NCBI GenBank assembly: GCA_963716745.1
Contig: OY970320.1
Span: 992,001-1,056,000 of the forward strand
Reading direction: 5' to 3'
Source: an uncultured Gemmatimonadaceae bacterium
GTDB lineage: Bacteria; Gemmatimonadota; Gemmatimonadetes; Gemmatimonadales; Gemmatimonadaceae
DNA length: 64,000 nt
The translations under genes and the position numbers were made by a program. The stretch's first letter is position 1; every line of letters begins with the position of its first letter. A model generated the notes under the pieces. It ran no database searches, had not been told where the DNA came from, and worked only from the letters and a program-made list of their open reading frames with translations. This document shows positions 32,796-42,860 of this stretch, piece after piece.

Positions 32796-32889
32796 AAAAA
32801 AGGCGCGAGAGACCGGAGTGACCGATCTCATCGCGCCTTCGACTCGCGGCCCGCCTGCGCCGCGCGTCAAGGTGGCCGCCGAAGCGGCC
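32796..32889 (-). promoter_or_regulatory. Structured leader motif, copy 6 (upstream of ku)
   Basis: Sense: ggccgc ttcg gcggcc a CCTTGACG cgcggc..gccgcg AGTCGAAGGCGCGA..TCGCGCCTTTTTT. Confidence 0.85.
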
Positions 32890-32942
32890 TATTTCGTGCT
32901 ACCCCAATATCGGGTGGCCGGTCCGGCCACGCAACCCGATTA

Positions 32943-33497
32943 CTACTTCGTGATGTCGATCGCCGTCGCCTCGTTGTAACTCAGGATCATCTGGTCGCCT
33001 ATCTTTGCGCTGTTGAATGCCGTGACGCCAGGGTTCACTTTGAACGAATAGATCTTCCCGTTCGGATTGGCGAACGCGATGGTGCGGGTCTTCATGTCCA
33101 CGCCCGTGATCTTGCACACCACGTTCACGATCTTCACTTCATTGATGTCCGGCAGCCCGGCCGGTGTCACCGTGATCTTCTCAGGCGGCGCCGCGACCGA
33201 GGCATCGCCGGGGCGCCGCATCCAGAGCACCGTGGACTCCACGAACCTGACCGTCACCGTGTCGCCGACGTTCACCTTGAACTGATTGGTCGCGGCCGCC
33301 GGCAGCGTGAACTCATGCATTTGGCCGTTGGAGCCCTGCACCGTGAGCAGGTGCGCCTGGTAATCGTTGCCTAGCACGATCCCTTTCCAAACCGAGACAT
33401 CGCTCGGCACCTTCGGCTTCTCCTGCGCCACCGCGATCCCACATACCGCGACCAGTAGACCCGCCGCGATCCTGATCAATGCACGCATGGTGTTCAC
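32943..33497 (-). CDS. Secreted hypothetical protein with two OB-fold-like repeats (paralog 3)
   Basis: Shares WKGIVL, ITVTPAGLP.I motifs with the 16414 gene; start GTG 33497 or ATG 33488. Confidence 0.75.
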   Translation of the reverse strand: MNTMRALIRIAAGLLVAVCGIAVAQEKPKVPSDVSVWKGIVLGNDYQAHLLTVQGSNGQMHEFTLPAAATNQFKVNVGDTVTVRFVESTVLWMRRPGDASVAAPPEKITVTPAGLPDINEVKIVNVVCKITGVDMKTRTIAFANPNGKIYSFKVNPGVTAFNSAKIGDQMILSYNEATAIDITK

Positions 33498-33554
33498 CGT
33501 GTAGTTGTAGTTGAAGGCAACAGCCGACAGCCAACAGCCAGCCGTTAGTCGCGG

Positions 33555-33764
33555 CTACCCTTCGTACTTGAAGGACACCTTCACCTTCGCCCGGTACGCC
33601 TCCACCTTGCCGTCCTTCATCGTCATGTCGAGCTGAGCGACTTCGGCCACGCGCAGCCCGCGGATCGTCTTCGCAGCGCGCTTCACCGCCGCGGCCGCCG
33701 CCTTCTCCCAGCTCTCGGTGCTCGTGCCAACCAATTCGATGACTTTGTAAACACTTTCCGCCAT
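33555..33764 (-). CDS. Dodecin
   Basis: VYKVIELVGTSTESWEKAA...YRAKVKVSFKYE. Confidence 0.93.
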   Translation of the reverse strand: MAESVYKVIELVGTSTESWEKAAAAAVKRAAKTIRGLRVAEVAQLDMTMKDGKVEAYRAKVKVSFKYEG

Positions 33765-33946
33765 AAGAACCCCCGTAGTTCGCGTGTTCGAAGTTGCGCA
33801 TGCCGCGGCGCTTCCCGCTTGCCGCATCCCGCGCCGTTCGTCCCGCGTAGTATACGGAAGTCCCGGTATGCGCGCGACCTATTGACTCGCCCCCGCCGCG
33901 GAGCTTGAATATGCGGCGACTCTATTTCCGCTCTCTGAGGACCGAC

Positions 33947-34744
33947 ATGGCGCAGGCGCAGCTCCCCGTGATCCACCGCGGGTTCGGCGAAACGATGCGG
34001 ACCGACGCGTGGTGGATCAGGCCGGTGATCATCGTGATCGTGCTCGGCGGCTTCCTCGCCTATGCGAACTGGGCGGCTTGGCAGGGCGATCACTACCAGT
34101 TCGGGAACTACCTTTCGCCGTTCTATTCGCCGCTGCTCTTCGGCAGTTCGTCCTTCTCGTGGTTCGGCGCCCGACCCGCGTGGTTCCCGGCTTGGATCTC
34201 GCCGGCCCTCCTGATCCTCCCCTTTCCGGGTTTGTTTCGGGTCACCTGCTACTACTATAGAGGTGCGTATTACCGGTCCTTCTGGGCGGACCCCCCGGGC
34301 TGCGCCGTTGGCGAGCCCCGGAACACCTATCTGGGGGAGAAGTCATTTCCCCTCATTCTCCAGAACGTCCACCGCTATTTCCTGTATGCGGCGCTCATCT
34401 TCCTGGTGATCCTCGCCACGGATGTGTGGCGCGCACTCTGGTTCGCCGACCCGGCGACGGGCGTAGAGCATTTTGGCGTCGGCGTGGGCACGATCGTGCT
34501 CGCGGTGAACGTCGTCCTGCTCAGCTGTTACACATTCGGCTGTCATTCCCTGCGCCATATCGTTGGCGGTCATCTCGATTCGCTCGCCGGCCGCCCTGTT
34601 CGGCAAACTGCGTACGCCTGCTCGAGCTGCCTCAACCGCAAGCACATGTACTGGGCGTACGCGAGTCTCCTCTCGGTGGGATTCGCGGACATCTATGTCC
34701 GCCTCTGCTCCATGGGCATTTGGACGGACTGGAGGCTCTTCTAG
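33947..34744 (+). CDS. Succinate dehydrogenase membrane anchor, Sdh1 (Rv0249c)-type
   Basis: SPFYSP, FRVTCYYYRGAY, NVHRYF, YTFGCHSLRH. Confidence 0.85.
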   Translation: MAQAQLPVIHRGFGETMRTDAWWIRPVIIVIVLGGFLAYANWAAWQGDHYQFGNYLSPFYSPLLFGSSSFSWFGARPAWFPAWISPALLILPFPGLFRVTCYYYRGAYYRSFWADPPGCAVGEPRNTYLGEKSFPLILQNVHRYFLYAALIFLVILATDVWRALWFADPATGVEHFGVGVGTIVLAVNVVLLSCYTFGCHSLRHIVGGHLDSLAGRPVRQTAYACSSCLNRKHMYWAYASLLSVGFADIYVRLCSMGIWTDWRLF

Positions 34745-36562
34745 ATGGCCGAATTCGAAACACAGGATCACGACGTCCTCGTGATCGGCGCCGGCGGCGC
34801 CGGACTTCGCGCGGCCATCGAGGCCGCCAGCGCCGGCGTGAAAGTCGGCGTCGTCTGCAAATCCCTGCTCGGCAAGGCGCACACGGTGATGGCCGAAGGC
34901 GGCGTGGCGGCCGCGCTGGGCAACGTGGACGACCGCGACAACTGGCGCGTCCATTTCGCCGACACGATGCGCGGCGGACAGTATCTCAACAATTGGCGCA
35001 TGGCCGAATTGCACGCCAAAGAAGCGCCGGCGCGCGTGAACGAGCTCGAGGCGTGGGGCGCCGTGTTCGACCGCACTCCCGACGGCAAGATCCTCCAGCG
35101 CAATTTCGGCGGGCATCGATATCCCCGCCTCGCCCACGTGGGCGATCGCACCGGCCTCGAGATCATTCGCACGCTCCAAGACCATGCGATCCACCAGAAG
35201 GTGGACGTGTTCATGGAATGCACGGTGATCGCACTGCTCAGAGACGAGGGGCGGATCGCGGGCGCGCTGGGCTATGATCGCGAACGGGGTCGCTTCAAGC
35301 TCTGGCGCGCCAAGGCGGTGGTGCTCGCCACCGGCGGCATCGGAAAATCGTTCAGCGTCACCAGTAATTCGTGGGAGTACACGGGCGACGGCCACGCGCT
35401 CGCGTACGTGGCGGGCGCCGAGCTCGTGGACATGGAATTCGTGCAGTTCCATCCCACCGGCATGGTGTGGCCGCCGAGCGTGCGCGGACTGCTCGTGACG
35501 GAGGGCGTGCGCGGCGAGGGTGGCATCCTTACGAACAAGGATGGCCGCCGCTTCATGTTCGACTCGATCCCCGACAACTACAAGTCGCAGACCGCCACCG
35601 ACGAAGAGGAAGGCTGGCGCTACACGCAGGGCGACAAGAACGCGCGCCGCCCGCCCGAGCTGCTCACGCGCGACCACGTGGCGCGCTGCATCATGCGCGA
35701 GGTGCGCGAAGGGCGGGGGTCGCCGCACGGCGGCGTGTTCCTCGACATCTCGTGGATCAAGAACCGGATCCCCAACGCCGCCGAGCACATCCGCAAGAAA
35801 CTCCCGAGCATGTACCAGCAGTTCAAAGAACTCGCCGACATCGACATCACCGCGGAGCCGATGGAGGTGGGACCCACGACGCACTACATGATGGGCGGCG
35901 TGCGGGTGGATGGCGACACGCAAATGTCCACCGTGCCCGGGCTCTTCGCCGCGGGGGAAGTGGGCGCGGGACTACACGGCGCGAACCGGCTGGGCGGCAA
36001 TTCCCTCTCGGATCTCCTGGTGTTCGGCAAGCGCGCGGGCGAATTCGCCGCGAGGTTCTCGAAGGACCACAAACGCCCGATCGTGGACGCCCAGGACGCC
36101 GAGCGCGAGATGAAGACCGCGCTGCTGCCGTTCGAGCGCGAAGTGGCGAACGGTGAGGGGCCGTTCTCGATCCAGCATGACCTCCAAGGCGCGATGCAGG
36201 ACCTCGTGGGCATCGTGCGCGACGACACACACATGCGGAAGGCTCTCGACGCGATCGAGGCACTCAAGACGCGCACGAAGCGCGTGGCCGTGAGCGGGCA
36301 TCGCGAGTACAATCCGGGATGGCATACCGCGCTCGATCTTCGCAATCAACTCATTGTGAGCGAGGCGATCACGCGCGCGGCGATCGAACGGAAGGAGAGT
36401 CGCGGCGCACAGTTCCGCGAGGATTTTCCGGACAAGGATCCGGAGGCCGCGAAGTTCAACATCGTGGTTCGGCAAGGCGCGGGCCAGCGCATGGAGCTGC
36501 AGCGCCGCACGATCCCGCCGTTGCCCGCTGAGCTGGCCCAGATCATTGAGGAGATGAAGTGA
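34745..36562 (+). CDS. sdhA: Succinate dehydrogenase/fumarate reductase flavoprotein
   Basis: GAGGAG, KAHTVMAEGG, QFHPTG, HYMMGG, HGANRLGGNSL. Confidence 0.95.
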   Translation: MAEFETQDHDVLVIGAGGAGLRAAIEAASAGVKVGVVCKSLLGKAHTVMAEGGVAAALGNVDDRDNWRVHFADTMRGGQYLNNWRMAELHAKEAPARVNELEAWGAVFDRTPDGKILQRNFGGHRYPRLAHVGDRTGLEIIRTLQDHAIHQKVDVFMECTVIALLRDEGRIAGALGYDRERGRFKLWRAKAVVLATGGIGKSFSVTSNSWEYTGDGHALAYVAGAELVDMEFVQFHPTGMVWPPSVRGLLVTEGVRGEGGILTNKDGRRFMFDSIPDNYKSQTATDEEEGWRYTQGDKNARRPPELLTRDHVARCIMREVREGRGSPHGGVFLDISWIKNRIPNAAEHIRKKLPSMYQQFKELADIDITAEPMEVGPTTHYMMGGVRVDGDTQMSTVPGLFAAGEVGAGLHGANRLGGNSLSDLLVFGKRAGEFAARFSKDHKRPIVDAQDAEREMKTALLPFEREVANGEGPFSIQHDLQGAMQDLVGIVRDDTHMRKALDAIEALKTRTKRVAVSGHREYNPGWHTALDLRNQLIVSEAITRAAIERKESRGAQFREDFPDKDPEAAKFNIVVRQGAGQRMELQRRTIPPLPAELAQIIEEMK

Positions 36563-37326
36563 TGCCCACCGAGACCAAGGCGACCTTCAAGATCTGGCGC
36601 GGCGACCGGGACAAGGGCGCCCTCGTGGACTACACGATCCCGATCAGCGATGGCATGGTGGTTCTCGATGCGGTGCACCAGATCCAGGCCGAGCAGGCCA
36701 ACGATCTCGCGGTGCGCTGGAACTGCAAGGCCGGCAAATGCGGCTCATGCTCCGCGGAGGTGAATGGGCACCCGAGCCTACTCTGCATGACGCGGCTCAG
36801 CGATCTGGACCTCGAGAAGCCGGTGACGGTGGAGCCGATGCGCGCTTTCCCGCCCATCCGCGATCTCGTCACGGACGTCTCGTGGAACTATCGAGCGAAG
36901 AAAGGGATCAAGCCGTTCACGCCGCGCAAGCCGGATGCGCCCGATGGCACGTGGCGCATGCAGCAATCCGAAGTGGATCGCGTGCAGGAGTTCCGGAAGT
37001 GCATCGAGTGCTATCTTTGCCAGGACGTGTGCCACGTGCTGCGCGACCACGGCAAGCACGAGGAGTTCATCGGACCGCGCTTCTTCGTCTACTCGGCGGC
37101 GCTCGAGATGCATCCGCTGGATGTGGCCGATCGCGTGCCCGATCTGAAGGAGAGCCAGGGGATCGGGTACTGCAACATCACCAAGTGCTGCACCGAAGTG
37201 TGTCCCGAGCACATCACGATCACCGACAACGCGATCATCCCGCTGAAAGAGCGCGTCGTGGATGAATTCTTCGATCCCATCGGCAAGTTGGTGAAGATCT
37301 TCAGCCGGAAGAACGCCGGAGCCTGA
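36559..37326 (+). CDS. sdhB: Succinate dehydrogenase iron-sulfur subunit
   Basis: CKAGKCGSC, CIECYLCQDVC, CNITKCCTEVCP. Confidence 0.95.
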   Translation: MMPTETKATFKIWRGDRDKGALVDYTIPISDGMVVLDAVHQIQAEQANDLAVRWNCKAGKCGSCSAEVNGHPSLLCMTRLSDLDLEKPVTVEPMRAFPPIRDLVTDVSWNYRAKKGIKPFTPRKPDAPDGTWRMQQSEVDRVQEFRKCIECYLCQDVCHVLRDHGKHEEFIGPRFFVYSAALEMHPLDVADRVPDLKESQGIGYCNITKCCTEVCPEHITITDNAIIPLKERVVDEFFDPIGKLVKIFSRKNAGA

Positions 37327-37342
37327 GCGGCAGGAGGCTTGG

Positions 37343-37846
37343 ATGACGTTCCCGATCAAACCGATCTCCAAGAGCGGCATCGCGGCGGCGCTGATGAAGG
37401 CGGAGCGCTATCGTCTCATCAACGACCCGAGTGCGGCGGAGAGCATCTGCCTGGACGTGCTATCGGTCGAGCCCGACAACCAGCAGGCGCTGGTGGACAT
37501 GATCCTGTCGATCACCGATCAGTTCACCAAGGCGCCCGCGGTGGAGTACGGCCGGGCGATCGAGCACCTGCCCCGGCTGCAGGACGAGTACAAACGCGCG
37601 TACTACGAAGGGATCATCTGCGAGCGGCGCGCACGCGCCCATCTCGCGCTCGGTGCGCCGGGCGCCGCCGAGATGGCGTACGACTGGATACGGCGCGCCA
37701 TGGCGCACTACGAGCGCGCCGAGAAACTCCGGCCGCACGGGAACGACGAGGCCATTCTGCGCTGGAACACCTGCGTGCGGATATTGGAGCGAGACAAGCA
37801 TCTGCGCCCCGGCATTGAGCAGGAGTACGAGCCGAGCTTCGAGTAG
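37343..37846 (+). CDS. Helical (TPR-like) hypothetical protein, last gene of the sdh operon
   Basis: AGGAGG RBS; 16 bp after sdhB. Confidence 0.8.
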   Translation: MTFPIKPISKSGIAAALMKAERYRLINDPSAAESICLDVLSVEPDNQQALVDMILSITDQFTKAPAVEYGRAIEHLPRLQDEYKRAYYEGIICERRARAHLALGAPGAAEMAYDWIRRAMAHYERAEKLRPHGNDEAILRWNTCVRILERDKHLRPGIEQEYEPSFE

Positions 37847-37850
37847 CGCG

Positions 37851-38865
37851 CTACGGCGCGCGAGCGCACTTCGCCGATCCGGCGAGTTGGATACTGGTGC
37901 CGCTGAATCCGAGGCCCACGTGAAGCCGGACGAGAGTGACTGAAGCCGCCGGCTGCGGCTGAACGTTCGATCCCACGATCGTGCCCAGGCGTGCCTGGTC
38001 GCTATCGGACATGCCGCTCGAGCCGACGGCCACCTTGATGGGTGAACCAGTGGAATCGAAGGTCACTGTCACGTCGGCGCCGCCGCGCGCGAGCGGTGGA
38101 GAAACGCCATTGAGGAGCATGACCGTGAGCGCCGTGTCGACGTAGTCGCTCACGGCGCCGCGCGGCGCGGGCGTGGTGTCGCGGCACGGCTCCGAGACTA
38201 AAGCAGTTCCGGCGCCGCCATCCGCCCCCGCGTCGAGACCTTCGAAATGAGCGGTCCAGAAGACCTGCCGAAGCGACATGAGGTCGGACTTGTAGGTGCT
38301 ATTGATCCAGATGTATGCGCTAGGGAGATTGCCGACCGAAGCCCACCGGATCACGGCGAGATAGTGCCGGCCGACATCACTGCCGTTCGTCATCGCGGCA
38401 GCCTCCTTGTCCCATTTCCATGTGGTGATCTCCGCGGGCCGGCCCGCAATGACCGTCGTGCACGACGATTCCAACGTATGGTCGTAGGAGGCGCCGCCGG
38501 TCGACAGGCCGCGTCCCAGTGACTGCATTCCTCCGCCGTTGACCTCGTTCCCGCCGCCGGCAACGCTGTAGTAGAACGTCTGCGGCACGGATATGCCCTG
38601 GTCGCCGATCACAAGCCCGATGAAACGGTTGCCGGCACGGTATGTCGCGGCGCGGCCGCCACTCGATCCGGCGAACTTGTACGCGCTGGGGACCTTGAGA
38701 CCCAGCGCCTGTAGCGTGGCGGGCGTCCACTTCGCCGTATCGTCGTGCGGCACCGTGCACATGTTGTCACCGCTCGCCACGATCGCTACGTGGCGCTCCG
38801 CGTCTCCGGGCAGGGCGGCGGCGAACGATCAGCATCGAGACTGGAAGGACGGCGAAAAGGCGCAT
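37851..38865 (-). CDS. Secreted hypothetical protein; frameshift near 38825
   Basis: ORF 37851..38780 plus upstream signal MRLFAVLPVSMLI in another frame. Confidence 0.6.
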
Positions 38866-38953
38866 GGCAGACTCTGCCCGGCAGTTGGGGTCGGCGCCAA
38901 ACATATGGCCCAGCCGCCGTCGCCGCACCATCGATCCATTGCGCGAAGAACCC

Positions 38954-39453
38954 TCAGAGCGCCGCCTTCGCTCCGTCGCCTTTCGTGTACGAGATTGCTC
39001 GTCTTCTTCCCGCCCGTGACCGCCTGCACGATGTTCACCTGGTCATCGAAGAGATCACAGAGCATCTGATCGGAGACTCGCGCGCTGGACGGGACCTTGG
39101 CTGCCCGCACGCAAAGGAAGGTGACGTCGCCTTCCTCGCGCGTGCCGCACGACGTCCAGGCTATCACACGACCGGATGCGTCCGCGAGCTGGAACGTGGC
39201 GGCGAGATACGCGAACGCCGCCGCATCATCCATCGGACGGGATGATCCCGAGCGCTTGGCCACCGCCAGCGCGAGATCGCTCGTGAAGACACGAATGCTC
39301 GCGTCGAGCTGCAACGAGACAGGATCGTAGTTCATCTGCGCGAGCGTCGTGTGCAGCGGATGCGCCTCGGCGCTCCCGCACCAGGATGCCAGACAGGATC
39401 ACGCGTGGCAGAGATCGCCAAATGAGCCTTCCGCCGCGAGCAGTTCCAATCAT
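38954..39453 (-). CDS. DUF6702-like exported protein; frameshifted at both ends, start uncertain
   Basis: AEAHPLHTTLAQMNYD...IRVFTSDL...LFDDQVNIV. Confidence 0.65.
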
Positions 39454-39534
39454 GTCAATCATGTTAATCCTGTCCAATGCGGTTGTTCGTGAACTGCTTT
39501 GACAGGATTAACATGATTGACATGATTGGAACTA
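39441..39534. repeat. Family D palindrome (9-bp period)
   Basis: agttccaatcatgtcaatcatgttaatcctgtc ... gacaggattaacatgattgacatgattggaact, long perfect inverted repeat. Confidence 0.88.
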
Positions 39535-40138
39535 CCACGGCGCGCGCTCGATGGCCCATCGGGCGGCGATGACGGCCACCACGGCGGAAACGGCGACAAC
39601 ACGCAAGCCTGAGCGGCGTCGGCGATCGTGCGGGCAACTTCAGTCTCGCGATCGTCCTGTCCACCACATGGAACAGCGTGAACGCGAGGAGCAACACCAC
39701 GATCTGTCCGCACTCGATGCCCACGTTGAAGCCGAACAAGGGGAGCGCCACGTTGTCCACGAAGAGACTCTTCAAGTACGTCGCGAAACCGGCGCCGTGC
39801 ACGAGGCCGAACAGGCCCGCGAAAATCACGCGATAGCGGCCGCCCCACAGCGCGGCGCCACGGTCGGGCACCGCGAGATTCTCCACCGCCGTCGCGACGA
39901 TCGTGAGCGGGATCAGGAATTCCACGATGTCGCTCGGGATCGACAACGCGCCCGTGACCGCCAGTGCGAGCGTGATCGAGTGGCCGATCGTGAACGCGGT
40001 GATCACCCAGAGCGTCTGCCGCCAGTCGCTCACCCGATAGATCGCGGCGAGCACGAGGAGAAAGAGGATGTGATCCATCGCGCCGGCATCCACGATGTGC
40101 CGGAAGCCGAGCTGCACGAACGTCGCGAATTCGCTCAT
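39532..40138 (-). CDS. HupE/UreJ family membrane protein; frameshift near 39600
   Basis: GFRHI...DHILFL, TAFTIGHSITL, FGLVHGAGF, FNVGIECGQ. Confidence 0.9.
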
Positions 40139-41396
40139 CGGGCCCCCGCGACGTACAGGTCGGGATCGATCGCACGTGCCCGTGCCATCTCGCCGGCCGC
40201 CTCGCGCGCGCGGCCGAGCGCCGCATCGATCGCGGCCGCGTGATAGAACAGCATCTCATCCTTGGTGCCGAGTGCGAGCGCGTGCGTCATCATCTCGCGC
40301 GCTTCCGCGTCGCGGCCCTTCTTGTGCAGCGCCCACGCGACGACATCGTAACCATAGATGTCGCGCCGCGTCGCAAGATCTTCCTGCGACCGTGCGAGCA
40401 CGTAGTCGGTGCGCCGGCCATGATCCAGCAGGAACAGACTCCACGCGCGATGGTACGCCGTGGCCTGGCGTGAGACCGCCACCTCCATCGCTCTCGCGTT
40501 CTCCTCGGCGCGCACGCGGTCGCCGAGCGCCGCATACGCGTCGCTCATCGTACCGAGCGTCGCCGGATCGAGACTCTGCGCCACCGCGCGCGATCCGAAG
40601 TCGATCGCGCTCTGCCAATGGCGCTGCGCTGCCTCGACGCGTGCCATCGCGGCGAGCAGCCGGTAGTCCTCGGCGTGCACCTGCAGGCCGCGGTCGTACG
40701 CGTTGCGCGCGTCGGCGAATAGCCCGCGCCGGAACTGCACATCGCCGATCCGCAGCCAGAACCACGCCTGCTGCTCGGCCGGCACATCTTTCCGGTCGAG
40801 GATCTGCAATAGCGACCCGTTCAGGAGCCGGTACGATTCTTCAGGCCGCCCCTGCAGCTCAGCCCAGCGCGCGAGGCGCGGCGCGACGGAGAGGTCGTTC
40901 GTCTTTCCGGCTACCGACGGCGAACGATGCGCGCGCCGAGTCATACTGGCCCAATTCCATTCGGATCTCACCGAGCGATGCGCGGAACGCCGCGTTCGAC
41001 GGATCGCGATCGGCCAGCTCGCGCGCGATACTGAGTGCGTCGGTGAATCGGTGCTCCGAGAGAAGCGACGACGCGAGCGCCTGGTGCGCCTTGGTATTGT
41101 GCGCCGAGCGGTTCGCGAGCGAGCGCCGCGCGGCTTCCTCGGCGCGCAGCACGTCCTCGTAGTCTCCCGTCGCGCGCGCGCGGCGCATGTACATGAGCGC
41201 GAGCGTGCCGGGCGCCATGGCGCCGGTGGGATCGCGTCGGGCGACGCCTTCGTAGAAGACGATGTTCGAATCGAGTATTGCTGCGGGCGACGGGCGGGCG
41301 TGCGGCCGCGATGGGCTTCGCGGCGTGCGACAGACTCATCGCGATCGCCGCACAGAGCCCAATGGAGCTCGCGATCAATAGTGGCTTGCGAATCAT
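40135..41396 (-). CDS. TPR protein; several frameshifts
   Basis: Segments in ORFs 40968..41498, 40859..41218, 40135..40971 (EHRFTDAL, RRDIYGYD..AWAL). Confidence 0.75.
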
Positions 41397-41408
41397 GAGT
41401 GCCTCCGA

Positions 41409-41491
41409 CGTTCGGGACTCGGGACTCGGGACTCGCCGCGGGACGCGCGTCCCGATTCCCGCGGCGAGTCCCGAGCCCCGAATCCCGAACG
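41409..41491. repeat. Family A palindrome
   Basis: (gggactc)3gccgcggga ... tcccgcggcgagtcccgagccccgaatcccg. Confidence 0.85.
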
Positions 41492-41494
41492 CGA

Positions 41495-42061
41495 TCAAGC
41501 TGGTGGTTTCAGGTAGGGGAACGTCGACGTATGCCGCATGGGATCAGCGACGTTGTCCGTGCACAAGGGGAGCGCAAAATTCGCGCACACTTGATGCCCC
41601 GGGTCTCCAAGCAGCGGACCAAAGATCGCCGTCAGTCCGGCGTCCACGACGTCGTCGCTCGTGTTGCGCCCGCCCCAGCCGTCCGCCAGCGCCCAACTCA
41701 GCCAGCCCGAGGTGTTCGTGGGCTTGTCGAGCTGTACGATCAGCATGTCGGGCAGCAGCACCGCCGCGAGCGTGTGACCGATGATCGTGTCGCGGCCGAA
41801 GGCCGTCGGGAATGCTTTCACCGTGCTCGCGAACGCGGCCACATCGCTAGCGGGTCCGATCGACCCGTGGAACGCGTGATCGCGCTTCATCAGGAACACC
41901 TCGCTCACGAGCGGATTCCCCAGGCGCTGCACCTGGTCATATGCGCGCGTCGTGGGCGCGGTGGTGTTCGAATTGTCGCTGCAGGCGGCGAGCGCCAGCG
42001 CCGCAACGATGAGGGCCGCATGTCGCATGGATCGATTCCTCGTCAGGATATGGGTGGTCAT
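41495..42061 (-). CDS. DUF4331 family lipoprotein
   Basis: LAAC lipobox; QVQRLGNPLV, LLPD.L, GGR..SDDVVD, FPYL. Confidence 0.85.
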   Translation of the reverse strand: MTTHILTRNRSMRHAALIVAALALAACSDNSNTTAPTTRAYDQVQRLGNPLVSEVFLMKRDHAFHGSIGPASDVAAFASTVKAFPTAFGRDTIIGHTLAAVLLPDMLIVQLDKPTNTSGWLSWALADGWGGRNTSDDVVDAGLTAIFGPLLGDPGHQVCANFALPLCTDNVADPMRHTSTFPYLKPPA

Positions 42062-42062
42062 G

Positions 42063-42821
42063 TCAGCGGCTGATCGTGCCCCAGACGCCGATCTTGTCGG
42101 TGGCGCCGCGGAGCTCGGAGCTCGGGAGTTCGATCACGATGGAGAGCACGTTGAACGGATGGCCGCCCGTGCCGCCCAGGATGTCCACCGCCGCGCCCGG
42201 CGCGCGGAAGCTGCTCGCGGTCGGCGTGTCGGGCAGCATCGAGAGCGGGCCCGTCACCGGCTTGCGGTCGGGGATGATCCGGAAGAACTGCTCGAGGTCA
42301 ATGAAGAAGGGATCCTGCCGTGCGCCGGCGAACACCTGCATGCCGGTGGAACTGCCGAGCACCGTGTTGATCTTGCCGCTCACCGTCGGCGTCGATGTCG
42401 AGAGCGTGTTCTGCATCGCGCCCGCGACCGGCGGCGCCATCGGGCCGCGCACTTCCACGGTCTCGTCCACGCCGGTGCCACGGAATACGACCTGGATCAC
42501 CTGATCTTCCACCGCGTCGCCGTTGTTGTCGATCTTGAACTGGTATAGCAGGTTGTTGTCGAAATCGGTGACGCCCGGCTGCGCTTCGGCCGGGGTGAGC
42601 AGCGCCCAGCTGTTGAGGATGAGCACGATGCGGCCCGGCGCCGATCCCGGGAACGCGTACACATCCGTCATGTCCATCGACGGATTCAGTTCGACGTCGG
42701 CGGTATCCTGGTGGTCCGACGCGCGCGCGTGCCTCAGGGCGACGCCGCTCGTCGCGACGATCGCGGCGAGCCCGGCGGCCCAGAGCCAGCGATGCGTCCT
42801 GACATTCGCGATCCACTTCAT
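42063..42821 (-). CDS. DUF4331 family protein
   Basis: ASDHQD...DMTDVYAF, YQFKIDNNGD, FAGARQDPFFIDL. Confidence 0.88.
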   Translation of the reverse strand: MKWIANVRTHRWLWAAGLAAIVATSGVALRHARASDHQDTADVELNPSMDMTDVYAFPGSAPGRIVLILNSWALLTPAEAQPGVTDFDNNLLYQFKIDNNGDAVEDQVIQVVFRGTGVDETVEVRGPMAPPVAGAMQNTLSTSTPTVSGKINTVLGSSTGMQVFAGARQDPFFIDLEQFFRIIPDRKPVTGPLSMLPDTPTASSFRAPGAAVDILGGTGGHPFNVLSIVIELPSSELRGATDKIGVWGTISR

Positions 42822-42860
42822 GAGTGCCTCCCGGCTTGGTAGATGGGTGCGACCACCATC

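Noticed and set aside
19598..32889. Leader motif as a plain terminator or REP-like repeat
   Set aside because: It precedes start codons in sense orientation, copy 4 has no same-strand gene upstream, and conservation is concentrated in non-terminator positions
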